Assembly (NCBI GenBank): GCA_963827275.1
Contig: CAWHAA010000005.1
Coordinates: forward strand, 128,001 to 192,000
Length of the DNA: 64,000 bases
DNA from: an uncultured Spirochaetota bacterium
Lineage (GTDB): Bacteria > Spirochaetota > UBA4802 > UBA5550
Direction of reading: 5' to 3'
Positions 40,430 to 49,981 of this stretch are shown piece after piece; position 1 is the first letter of the stretch, and each line of letters begins with the position of its first letter. The notes beneath the pieces were generated by a model, which made no database searches, was not told the DNA's origin, and was given only the letters and a program-made list of their open reading frames with translations. A program made the translations under genes and the position numbers.

Positions 40430-41473
40430 TCATGTGCCGTCGCGCAGGTATTCCCTCCGCACCATGTGGCCCTCGGGGATGTCGGTCCCGCTGATCTTCC
40501 CCGCCACGCTCTCCAGCTCTGATGGCGGGATCCCGGTGCCGGGCCTGAGCGCCACCAGGTCTTCCCTGCGGATGACCCGGCCGCGGGCGATGGCCCGCCG
40601 CGCGAAGAGGCTCCGGCGCGCCGCGCGGGCGGTGACCGCCTCGGCGCTCCCGTATGCGATGGAGCCGCCGCCGGTCATCGCGATCGCGGTTTCCACCGAT
40701 TCGATCATCGCGGCAAACTCACCGGGCGTGCAGGATATATCTTTATCGGGACATTCATGAAATCTGTCAATAGTAAAATGCTTTTCAAAAATCCGGGCGC
40801 CCAGCGCCGCCGCGAGCATCGGCGTAACAGCCTCCCGGGTATGATCGGAGAAGCCGGTCGCGAGCCCGAAGCGCCGTTCCAGGGCCGGTATCCTGGCCAG
40901 GTTTACCTGGTCAGCCCGTGTCGGGTAGAGCGACACGCAGTGCATCAGGACAAGCTCGCCGCCCCCCTCTTTCCGGAACAGCGTAACGGCCCCGTCGATC
41001 TCATCCTCGGTGGCCATGCCGGTCGAAAGGATGACGGGCCTGCCGGTCCGCGCCACCGCCCCGACGAGGGGATGGTTGGTGACTTCCGACGAGGCAAGCT
41101 TGTACAGCGGAACGCCGAGCCCCTCGAGCAGCTCCAGCGAATCCAGGTCGAACACCGAGGAGAAAAAGAGCGTTCCCGCCTCACGCGCGGCGTTCTGAAG
41201 AACGCGGTACTGCTCCCGGTCAAAGACAAACCTGCGAAAAAAATCCGCCGTGCTCCGGTCGGGCGTGCGCTCGGTCCCCCCGCCGAGCAGGTCCGCTGTG
41301 TACACGGAGTTCATCAGGTCGGGAACGAACGTCTGGAACTTCACCGCGTCAGCCCCGGACCGCGCCGCGAGGGATATCATCGCCAGCGCCGTATCCAGAT
41401 CGCCGTTGTGGTTCAGCCCTATCTCGGCGACATAGATCGCCTCTCTTCCGGATTGTATGATTGAATTCAGCAT
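40430..41473 (-). CDS. neuB: NeuB/SpsE-family nonulosonic acid synthase with SAF domain
   Basis: AEIGLNHNGD, ADAVKFQ, KLASSE, ILSTGMA, HCVSLYP, GFSDHT, EKHFT and RPGTG. Confidence 0.9.
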   Translation of the reverse strand: MLNSIIQSGREAIYVAEIGLNHNGDLDTALAMISLAARSGADAVKFQTFVPDLMNSVYTADLLGGGTERTPDRSTADFFRRFVFDREQYRVLQNAAREAGTLFFSSVFDLDSLELLEGLGVPLYKLASSEVTNHPLVGAVARTGRPVILSTGMATEDEIDGAVTLFRKEGGGELVLMHCVSLYPTRADQVNLARIPALERRFGLATGFSDHTREAVTPMLAAALGARIFEKHFTIDRFHECPDKDISCTPGEFAAMIESVETAIAMTGGGSIAYGSAEAVTARAARRSLFARRAIARGRVIRREDLVALRPGTGIPPSELESVAGKISGTDIPEGHMVRREYLRDGT

Positions 41474-41745
41474 AAAAAGTTACCCGCTTGCCGGTGAAAA
41501 TGAACATGGTGGCCGGGCACTCGCTGCCCGGCGTCTTGTATACTATTAATTATCGACGGCGCGGGATTCATTGCCAAGGAAAAAAGCCGGGATTAATTCA
41601 CCCGGGTGATCTGCAATCCCCGTTATGCATATTTTTATATAGCAAAGTCCGGTTATTATTATTAATTTTTAATTGACATTGTTTTTTGCGGGCCGCTAAC
41701 ATCAAAACCGGTCTTCGCAGTCCCGGCCATAAGGAATTCTTTTTT

Positions 41746-43233
41746 ATGAAGAAACAGTTCATAATCTCCATTGACCTCGGTACAACCGGGAACAGGGTCT
41801 TCTGTTTTGATGAAAACGGGCTGCCCATATCCAGCGCGTACCGCGAGTTCACCCAGCACTTTCCGAAACCGGGATGGGTCGAGCACGATGCGGAAGAGAT
41901 ATGGGAATCGGTCAGCGCCCTCATCCCCCAGGCCATCGCGCGGGGGAACCTTGACCCTGCCGGCGCCATCGCCATCGGCATTACCAACCAGCGGGAGACG
42001 TCCCTCCTCTGGGACAAGACCAGCGGCAAGCCGATACACCGCGCGATCGTGTGGCAGTGCCGGCGCACCGCGGGCATCTGCAACGACCTGAAGCAGGCGG
42101 GCCACGAGAAGCTCTTCCGCGAGACCACCGGCCTCGTCATCGACGCGTATTTCTCCGGCACGAAAGTGAAATGGCTCCTCGACAACGTGCAGGGCGCCCG
42201 GGCCCTTGCCGGGAGCGGCAAGCTCCTCTTCGGCACCATCGACACCTGGATATTGTGGAAGCTGACCGACGGGGCCTCGCACGCGACCGATTATACCAAC
42301 GCGTCGCGCACCCTCATGTACGACATACGGAAGAAGCAGTGGTCGGACGAGCTGCTTGATATACTGTCCGTCCCGAAAAATATCCTTCCCGCGGTCATGG
42401 CGTCGGCGTCAAAATTCGGCGTCACGAAAAACGCGCCGGGGCTCCCGGACGGGATCGTCATTGGCGGCATCGCCGGCGACCAGCAGGCCGCCATGGTCGG
42501 GCAGAACTGCGTCGGCCCGGGGAGCTCCAAGAACACGTACGGCACCGGGTGCTTCATGCTGATGAACAACGGCGACAGGTTCATCATTTCCCGCAACGGC
42601 CTCCTCACCACCCTCTCCTGCGACGACGCCGGGCGCCCGGTGTACGCGCTGGAGGGCTCGGTCTTCATCGGCGGCGCCGTGGTCCAGTGGCTGCGCGATT
42701 ACCTGAAATTCTTCGCCGTCAGCGCCGATTCCGAGGAGATGGCGAGGTCGGTGGCCAAGGAGAGCAGCGTGGTCTTGGTCCCCGCCTTCGTGGGCCTGGG
42801 CGCCCCCCACTGGAACATGGACGCCCGCGGGGCAATTTTCGGTTTGACAAGAGACACGACAAGGGAAGAGATAGTAATGGCGGCGCTGAAATCAATAGCC
42901 CTGCAGTCGCGCGACCTCGTGGAAGCAATGCAGGAAGACACCGGGACCGCGGTGCCGGAACTGCGCGTCGACGGCGGGGCCACCAAAAACAGCTTTCTGA
43001 TGCAGTTTCAGGCCGATATCCTGAACATTCCGGTCCTGCTGCCGGAGATCACAGAATCGACCGCCCTGGGCGCCGCCTATCTGGCCGGCATAACGGGCGG
43101 CCTGTACGGATCAATCGGTGAAATTGCAAAGAACAACAGGATATCATCGCAATATATCCCGGGAATGAGCGGTGCGGAACGCGAGCAGCAGGTACGGCTC
43201 TGGAAAGAAGCGATACGCAGATTATTATTGTAA
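41746..43233 (+). CDS. glpK: Glycerol kinase
   Basis: IDLGTTG, GITNQRET, AIVWQCRR, TDYTNASRT, GDQQAA, KNTYGTGCF, DGGA. Confidence 0.97.
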   Translation: MKKQFIISIDLGTTGNRVFCFDENGLPISSAYREFTQHFPKPGWVEHDAEEIWESVSALIPQAIARGNLDPAGAIAIGITNQRETSLLWDKTSGKPIHRAIVWQCRRTAGICNDLKQAGHEKLFRETTGLVIDAYFSGTKVKWLLDNVQGARALAGSGKLLFGTIDTWILWKLTDGASHATDYTNASRTLMYDIRKKQWSDELLDILSVPKNILPAVMASASKFGVTKNAPGLPDGIVIGGIAGDQQAAMVGQNCVGPGSSKNTYGTGCFMLMNNGDRFIISRNGLLTTLSCDDAGRPVYALEGSVFIGGAVVQWLRDYLKFFAVSADSEEMARSVAKESSVVLVPAFVGLGAPHWNMDARGAIFGLTRDTTREEIVMAALKSIALQSRDLVEAMQEDTGTAVPELRVDGGATKNSFLMQFQADILNIPVLLPEITESTALGAAYLAGITGGLYGSIGEIAKNNRISSQYIPGMSGAEREQQVRLWKEAIRRLLL

Positions 43234-43275
43234 GAAACGATACATTTCAGTCATTATTATTTTGGGAGGAACACC

Positions 43276-43470
43276 ATGTCACGACCCCTGCTGGGAGAGA
43301 TACTCCTTGAGAGCAAGGAAATAACTCAGGAGCAGCTGGAAAAAGCCATAGAGGTGCAGAAAAAAGAGGGCGGCCTGATAGGGATTATCCTGGTAACCAT
43401 GGGGGCAATCACCGAGCAGACCCTGGTCAAGTACCTTGCCATCCAGGCAGAACGAGTCACTTCATCATAG
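43276..43470 (+). CDS. Stand-alone MshEN-like domain protein (64 aa)
   Basis: GGGAGGA RBS; two 24-aa repeats LLGEILLESKEITQEQLEKAIEVQ and LIGIILVTMGAITEQTLVKYLAIQ with a 5-aa linker. Confidence 0.82.
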   Translation: MSRPLLGEILLESKEITQEQLEKAIEVQKKEGGLIGIILVTMGAITEQTLVKYLAIQAERVTSS

Positions 43471-43476
43471 CCTGAA

Positions 43477-44130
43477 ATGACAAGGACCACCCTCTCACTA
43501 TCGGCATGCGCACTCATCGCCGCGATGTCGCTTTACGGATGCACCGCCGGACAGCTGACAAAGCGGCAGAAGCTCGAGCTGCACATCAAGCAGATCAAGG
43601 ACAACAACACGACAGCGTGCGTGGAAGGATGCATCGTGTTTGAAGGCGACAGCAACATCGAGCTGATCAATTTCCAGGTATACTTCACCGCGCCGGCGTG
43701 CAACTACGCCTACCGCGGCAGCACGACGAAAAACCTGCTGGAGCGCAAAGAGAAGATCGCACGGCTCAAGCCGTCGGCCATAGTCATGCTGGCAGGCGGC
43801 AACGATCTCCTCGGAAAAATCCCGATCGACCAGATCGACCGCAATTACGGAGAGCTGATCCGTTATTACCGGTCCATCTGCGGCAAGGTGTACTGCATCA
43901 GCAACCTTCCCGTACAACCCGGCATCATCATTGAAAATTCAACATTGGAGCAGCTGAACGCGCGCCTCAGGCAGACCTGCGCCGCGCTGGGGGCGGTATA
44001 CGTGCCGGCGTTTCCGCATCTCACAAAAAGAGGGGGGTTGAACCCGAAGTACGCGATGGACCCGGTCCACCTCAACAGGACCGGGCACGATGTGCTGGCA
44101 GACGTTCTGAAGAAATATTTGGATCAATAG
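43477..44130 (+). CDS. SGNH/GDSL hydrolase lipoprotein
   Basis: Lipobox LYGC; FEGDSN, GGND and DPVH blocks. Confidence 0.85.
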   Translation: MTRTTLSLSACALIAAMSLYGCTAGQLTKRQKLELHIKQIKDNNTTACVEGCIVFEGDSNIELINFQVYFTAPACNYAYRGSTTKNLLERKEKIARLKPSAIVMLAGGNDLLGKIPIDQIDRNYGELIRYYRSICGKVYCISNLPVQPGIIIENSTLEQLNARLRQTCAALGAVYVPAFPHLTKRGGLNPKYAMDPVHLNRTGHDVLADVLKKYLDQ

Positions 44131-44140
44131 CCCCGCAGGG

Positions 44141-45178
44141 TCATTTCACTTCGTAGAGCCACCCGTGGCCGTCCTCGTAATCGCCCGTCTGTATCTGCGT
44201 CAGCCGTTCATAGAGCTTCGTGATCGCCGGCCCGGCATGCTCGCCGTCGCCGAAACTGTAGTCCCGGTCCCTGAACCGGATCAGGTTGACCGGGGTGATG
44301 ACCGCCGCAGTGCCCACCGCGCCCACCTCGTCGAAAGAGGCGAGCTCGGTCGCCTCAATCGGCCGCCGTTCAACGTCCATGCCAAGGTCGCTCGCGATGA
44401 CCGACAGGCTGTCGTTCGTGATGCTCGGCAGTATGCTGTTCGATTTCGGCGTGAGATAGGTGTTCCCGCGTATGGCGATAAAGTTCGATGTGCTGAATTC
44501 GTCGATGTAGCGCTTCTCGCGGGAATCCAGGTAGAGCACCACCGGGTACCCGCGTTCCTTCCCGTAATGGGCGCCGCCCAGCCCGGCGGCGTAGTTCCCG
44601 CCCACCTTGCAGTCGCCGACGCCCTGGGGCGCCGCCCGGTCGAAATCCTCAACGATCATCGCCTTGACCGGCTTGAACCCGCCCTTGTAGTAGGGGCCCA
44701 CGGGCGTGGCGAACATTATGAAAAGGTACTCGGATGCCGGCCCGAGGCCCACCCTGGCGCCGGTGCCGATGGCAAGGGGACGGATGTACATGCTCGCGCC
44801 GGTGCCGTACGGGGGCAGGTATTTCCAGTTTGCATTCACCACTTTTTGCACCGCGTCCAGGAATAACTCATCCGGGATCTGCGGGATAAAGATCCTCTCG
44901 CAGCTCTTTTGCAGGCGCCTGCTGTTTTCAACCGGGCGGAACACCACTGCCCTCCCGTCCTTTGTCTCAAACGCCTTCAGCCCCTCAAAGGCCTCCTGGC
45001 CGTAATGCAGCGACGGGGCCGCCATGTGAAGGGGGATGTTTTCATCGGATACGATCTCCCCTTTCGACCATGAGCCGTCTTTCCAGTGGTACCGGACATT
45101 AAAATCCGTCTTGTTGTACTCGAATGCCAGGTTTTTCCAATCAAGCGGGGCTTTTGTTTTCTTCATATTCATAACCAT
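44141..45178 (-). CDS. ilvE: Branched-chain amino acid aminotransferase
   Basis: LHYGQEAFEGLKA, YIRP, KVGGNYA, ILPSIT, GTAAVITP; the exact start among the ATGs at 45166-45178 is uncertain. Confidence 0.95.
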   Translation of the reverse strand: MVMNMKKTKAPLDWKNLAFEYNKTDFNVRYHWKDGSWSKGEIVSDENIPLHMAAPSLHYGQEAFEGLKAFETKDGRAVVFRPVENSRRLQKSCERIFIPQIPDELFLDAVQKVVNANWKYLPPYGTGASMYIRPLAIGTGARVGLGPASEYLFIMFATPVGPYYKGGFKPVKAMIVEDFDRAAPQGVGDCKVGGNYAAGLGGAHYGKERGYPVVLYLDSREKRYIDEFSTSNFIAIRGNTYLTPKSNSILPSITNDSLSVIASDLGMDVERRPIEATELASFDEVGAVGTAAVITPVNLIRFRDRDYSFGDGEHAGPAITKLYERLTQIQTGDYEDGHGWLYEVK

Positions 45179-45323
45179 TTCCAGATACGCATAGAATGTA
45201 ACGGTTTTTCCCATTCCCGGGCAACCGCCCGGCAACACCGTCATAATTATAAATTAAGGGATAGTTTCAGTTAAAACAATCAAAATTGTCAAGGATAAAG
45301 AAGAGGCGGCCGGTTGATTTTTT

Positions 45324-46721
45324 CTACGGCTGCGCCAGGAGGCGCCTGATGCTCTCCAGCTGCGCCAGCACTTCCTTCCGGGAGGTGCTCCCGGCGGAGG
45401 CCTTGCGCTCAACCGAGCTTTCCGGGTTCATGATTTCAACAATATCATCCCCGAAATCAGGAGAAAATTCCCTCATCTGGGCGGCGGTAAGGGAAAAAAA
45501 GTCGGCCCCCCGCTCCTCGCAGGACCGGACGATCCGTCCCACTATTTCATGCGACTTCCGGAACGGCACGCCCTTGCGGGCAAGGTAGTCCGCCACGTCC
45601 GTTGCGGTGGAAAAATTGCCGTACACGGCGTCCTTCATCCTCTCACTGCGGATTTCCATAGTAGAGAGCATCTCTATCATGCCGGCAAGGGAGAGCTTGA
45701 TCGTGTCCACCGAATCGAACAGGCGCTCCTTGTCCTCCTGGAGGTCGCGGTTGTAGGCCATGGGCAGCCCCTTCAGGACAGTCAGGAGCGCGACCAGGTC
45801 GCCCAGGAGCCTCCCGGATTTCCCGCGAATGATCTCCGCGATGTCCGGGTTGCGTTTCTGCGGCATGATGGAGGAGCCGGTGGTGACGCCGTCGCCCAGC
45901 CGTATGAAGCCGAACTCGGTTGACGACCAGAGGACCAGCTCTTCGCAGAAGCGCGACAGCCGCACGCCGCAGACCGACGCGAAATAGAGAAAATCGAGTA
46001 TGAAGTCCCGATCGCTCACCGCGTCCATGGAGTTGGGGACCAGCTCCGCAAAGCCCAGCTCCCTGCTGACGAACTCGCGGTCAACCGGGTAGTTGAGCCC
46101 GGCGAGCGCCCCCGCACCGAGCGGCATGCGCGAGCAGGCGCGGACCGCCGCCTCAAGCCTGCCCGCGTCGCGGAGCAGCCCCCACGCATAGGCGAGCATG
46201 TGCTGGCTGAAGCGCACGGGCTGCGCCACCTGGAGATGGGTGTAGCCGGGCATGATGACGTCTATGTTCTTCTCCGCGACCCCCCCCAGGGTTTCGACCA
46301 GGGATATCAGCAGTCCCCGCACCTCCGCCGCCTCGTCACGCAGGTAGAGGCGCATGTCCAGCGCCACCTGGTCGTTGCGCGAACGCGCGGTATGGAGCTT
46401 CCTGCCCGCGTCGCCGATCCGCTCCGTCAGCGCGGACTCGATGTTCATGTGCACGTCCTCGAGTGACTCTGAAAACCGGAACGTGCCCGCTTCGATCTCC
46501 CGGCCGATGGCCGCAAGCCCGTCGAGGATATCGGAGAGCTCCTTTTGCGACAGGATGCCGATCCGCCCGAGCATCTTCGCATGCGCCATCGACCCGCGGA
46601 TGTCCTGCCGCCAGAGGCGCGAATCAAACCGGACCGACGCGGAGATCTGCTCCGCAGTGCCGGACAGCGCGCCGGTAAACCGGCCGCCCCAGGGCTTTTT
46701 CTGTTCTTTGTCCTTTGCCAT
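45324..46721 (-). CDS. argH: Argininosuccinate lyase
   Basis: WGGRF, HTARSRNDQ, MPGYTHLQ, GSSIMPQKRNPD, YNRDLQEDK. Confidence 0.98.
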   Translation of the reverse strand: MAKDKEQKKPWGGRFTGALSGTAEQISASVRFDSRLWRQDIRGSMAHAKMLGRIGILSQKELSDILDGLAAIGREIEAGTFRFSESLEDVHMNIESALTERIGDAGRKLHTARSRNDQVALDMRLYLRDEAAEVRGLLISLVETLGGVAEKNIDVIMPGYTHLQVAQPVRFSQHMLAYAWGLLRDAGRLEAAVRACSRMPLGAGALAGLNYPVDREFVSRELGFAELVPNSMDAVSDRDFILDFLYFASVCGVRLSRFCEELVLWSSTEFGFIRLGDGVTTGSSIMPQKRNPDIAEIIRGKSGRLLGDLVALLTVLKGLPMAYNRDLQEDKERLFDSVDTIKLSLAGMIEMLSTMEIRSERMKDAVYGNFSTATDVADYLARKGVPFRKSHEIVGRIVRSCEERGADFFSLTAAQMREFSPDFGDDIVEIMNPESSVERKASAGSTSRKEVLAQLESIRRLLAQP

Positions 46722-46853
46722 GTTTCGGTTCCTGTCTGATTATTGTTCCGGCGACACCCGGGCACCGATAGTTCACGATGCGCACTACTCTTGGCATGCT
46801 CTTTTAAAAAATCAAGTCATTAATGGGATCTGCCGCTGATACTGCCGGCGGCG

Positions 46854-47702
46854 TCACAGGTCTTCAGCGCCGAACGTATCGCCGTCCTGGATGGTCCCCG
46901 ATTTGAACCCCCGGTAGAACCATTTCGACCGCTGCTCTGACGTCCCGTGGGTGAAGCTGTCGGGCACCGCGTACCCGCGGGCGTTTTTCTGTATGCGGTC
47001 GTCGCCGACGGCGCTCGCGGCGGTAAGGGCTTCCTCGATGTCGCCCTCCTCCAGGACCTTCATCCGCTCGGCGAAATGCGACCAGACGCCGGCGTAGTAG
47101 TCGGCCTGCAGCTCGAGCCGCACAAGGTATCTGTTGAATTCAGCCTCGCCCAGCCGCGACTGGAGGGCATTGACTTTGCCGAGGACCCCCAGGAGGTTCT
47201 GGACATGGTGCCCCACCTCGTGTGCGATGACGTACGCCATCGCGAAATCGCCTGACGCCTTGAACCTGGTCTGGAGCTCGTTGTAAAAGCTCAGGTCAAT
47301 GTATACCTTCTCGTCCGCGGGGCAGTAAAACGGACCGGTCGATCCGCCCGACCTGCCGCACGCCGACTCAACGCTGCCGGAATAGATCACGAGCTTCGGC
47401 ATCCGGTATTCAACCCCTTCTTTCTGCAACAGGTCCGACCAGACGTCCTCGGTATCCGCAAGGACCACTGAAACGAACTTCGCGAGCTCGTTCTCCTCCG
47501 CCGAACCCTCGTAGGTTGACGCGGTCTCCGGCGTGTTTACCTGCAGGTTATTAAGGACCGCCGAAGGATCGCCGCCGAGCAGATAGATCGCAAGGACCAG
47601 GACGATGGTCCCCAAACCGCCGCCCACGCCCACGGCCCGTCTCGACACTCCTCCGCGCTGGTCTTCGACATTCGAGCTTTCCCTTCTTCCTTTCCAGATC
47701 AT
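46854..47702 (-). CDS. Neutral zinc metallopeptidase (YpfJ family)
   Basis: W.GRRESSNVED, GPFYCPAD, AHEVGHH, ELQAD, FTHGTSEQR. Confidence 0.92.
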   Translation of the reverse strand: MIWKGRRESSNVEDQRGGVSRRAVGVGGGLGTIVLVLAIYLLGGDPSAVLNNLQVNTPETASTYEGSAEENELAKFVSVVLADTEDVWSDLLQKEGVEYRMPKLVIYSGSVESACGRSGGSTGPFYCPADEKVYIDLSFYNELQTRFKASGDFAMAYVIAHEVGHHVQNLLGVLGKVNALQSRLGEAEFNRYLVRLELQADYYAGVWSHFAERMKVLEEGDIEEALTAASAVGDDRIQKNARGYAVPDSFTHGTSEQRSKWFYRGFKSGTIQDGDTFGAEDL

Positions 47703-47783
47703 GGCATCCACCTCGCCGTTATCGTTCGGTATAGCATTCCCCGCCGGGCGCCGCACCATCCCGCGCGGCGGGCCCTTTGAAGC

Positions 47784-48323
47784 TCATTTCGCCTGTTCCC
47801 GGGCGTACGCAACACCCCTGATGATATACCAGGCGCCCTTCCCCGTGCGGCGCTTCTGTTCCCTGCCCGTCACCAGCACCATTCCGCACCGCAACGCCGC
47901 GGCCTTTTTCTTCAGCTGCGCCTCGGCTTCCCTGCGCGCCGCCGCTGCGCCGCCGGCTTTCAGCGGGGAGGCCGCTTCTATGGCGCCCCGTTTATGCAGG
48001 CAGGCAACATCCTTTTTGGATTGAGTAAGTCGCACGTCCGTCCATGAGAGCTGCCTGTCCGGTCGCATCGCGGCGGGATTGAGCTCCTGGGCTATGCCGT
48101 TATGGTAGATTATCTTATGAACATCCTTCCTATCAACCCGGTCCCAATCGGATTTTTCAACATTAACGAAATCAACATGGGCCGCCGTTACGGAAGTCAC
48201 CTTGGCGGGAATCGTTTTGCCGTTTTTCAGATAAATTGTATCGATCTTCTCATCATGACCCGCGAGGGATGAAACCGTTAAGTATAAAACAGCCGAGCCC
48301 AGCAATATCAACAATCGTTTCAT
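47784..48323 (-). CDS. Secreted hypothetical protein
   Basis: Signal peptide and DTIYLKNG...I.Y.NG pattern. Confidence 0.7.
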   Translation of the reverse strand: MKRLLILLGSAVLYLTVSSLAGHDEKIDTIYLKNGKTIPAKVTSVTAAHVDFVNVEKSDWDRVDRKDVHKIIYHNGIAQELNPAAMRPDRQLSWTDVRLTQSKKDVACLHKRGAIEAASPLKAGGAAAARREAEAQLKKKAAALRCGMVLVTGREQKRRTGKGAWYIIRGVAYAREQAK

Positions 48324-48454
48324 ACCGGTTGACCTTTAGATATATATAGTAATAAAAAAATTCTTATTCAATTAAATTGATCGAATATTACACCAAGGCA
48401 CAATGATTAGTGACCACGCGATTTTATATTTTGTCAACCTGAAAAAATAGCCGG

Positions 48455-49714
48455 TCAATGGTGCGCCCGCGAGAGCTTTTTCGCGTTAAGGAGGAGGGAG
48501 AGCAGGCCCCCGGCAAGCGACGCACACCCGGCGATGACAAAGGCGAGCGTGTACGAGCCGCAGGCGTCGGCGACCCGGCCCGACACGAACGGGGCGAGCG
48601 CCTGCCCTATCCCGAAAAAAAGCGTGATGAATCCGAGGGCCGCGGGCGCCAGTTTCGGGCCAAGTATGTCGCCGGATACGGCCGCCATGATCGCCGGGAT
48701 GCTCCAGGCGGTCAGGGCGAATATGAGCGAGGAGACGAGGTAGCCCGGCATGGCTTTCCAGAGGCCGAACAGCAGGTAGCACACGCACTGTAAAAAGAAG
48801 ACGCAGGCGAGGCCGTATTTCCGCCCGAACCTGTCGGACACCGAGCCCCAGATAAAACCGCTTATGATGCTGATCACCCCGATGAGCGACCAGAGGCCCC
48901 CCGCCCGTTCAAGGGTGAAGCCGGCCTCCCAGTTAAGGTAGCGGACAAAAAAAGTCGTATAGATGATGTACGAAAATCCGAACAGGAAATAGACCAGGGC
49001 CAGGTGCCACACGGAAAACGACCGGTACACGAGGCGCCATGATTCGATCAGGGAATAGGATTTCTGCGCGGAAGCCGGCCCGGGAGACGGCCTGCCCCCG
49101 GCACCCACCGGCGCAAGCCCTTTTTCGGACGGCGAGTCCCTCAGGAATATGCCGCACAGGACCGCGATTACGAGCGCCAGGGCCGAGAGAAAAAACCATG
49201 AATGCCGCCAGCCGTCCGCGCCGCCGGCCTCCATTATGAGCGGGATCATCAGCCCGGTGATGAGCAGGCCGAAGCTTGACCCGCTCACGGTGATGCCGGC
49301 GGCAAGTCCCCTCCGCGACATCGCGAACCAGCCGACCACCAGCCCCATCACCGGGATGTTCGTGCCCCCGCCCCCCATGCCGGCGAGGAGACGGCCGGCC
49401 CACGCGGTCCCGAAGCCGGGCGCCAGCCCCGTGACCAGCATTGACAGGGACACAAGCAGCATGAAGGCGGTGATGATCCTCCTGGGGCTGAAGTGCGCCG
49501 AGAGGAAGCCGCAGGCGATCGCAAGCGCGAGGTACCCGACCATGTTCGCCGTGGCAAGGTCGCCGGCCTGCGCGTCGGAAAGGCCGAGCCCCGCCTTCAT
49601 CCCGGGCAGTATCATGGTATAGCCGAACCGCGCGAACCCGAGCGCGCCGGTGACGGTGGCCACGCCGACTGCAAGTATCGCGTAGCCGTAGTGGAAGCGT
49701 GATTTATTATTCAT
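48455..49714 (-). CDS. MFS transporter (YbfB/YjiJ-like)
   Basis: About 12 TM segments; GFARFGYTMILP and GSVSDRFGRK motifs. Confidence 0.9.
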   Translation of the reverse strand: MNNKSRFHYGYAILAVGVATVTGALGFARFGYTMILPGMKAGLGLSDAQAGDLATANMVGYLALAIACGFLSAHFSPRRIITAFMLLVSLSMLVTGLAPGFGTAWAGRLLAGMGGGGTNIPVMGLVVGWFAMSRRGLAAGITVSGSSFGLLITGLMIPLIMEAGGADGWRHSWFFLSALALVIAVLCGIFLRDSPSEKGLAPVGAGGRPSPGPASAQKSYSLIESWRLVYRSFSVWHLALVYFLFGFSYIIYTTFFVRYLNWEAGFTLERAGGLWSLIGVISIISGFIWGSVSDRFGRKYGLACVFFLQCVCYLLFGLWKAMPGYLVSSLIFALTAWSIPAIMAAVSGDILGPKLAPAALGFITLFFGIGQALAPFVSGRVADACGSYTLAFVIAGCASLAGGLLSLLLNAKKLSRAHH

Positions 49715-49981
49715 GGTTGTATTTGGAATAATTTGAGTGCTGGATACATATCTGAAAAATTCCACGCTGGATTGTCAAGGAGAATACAAGCGGATCGTGC
49801 CGGGAAATACCTCTCGATGTCAGTCCCCCTGAATCCCCTGGAGGGGGACCTGTAATTTCACCGGCAAAAAGAGGATCATCTGTAAAAAATTAATCGAAAG
49901 GATACACCCGGGACACAATGGTATGATTTTTTGAAAATGAATTTGCCCGGCCCCCCCACCAGAGGGGCATGGGGGCTTACG

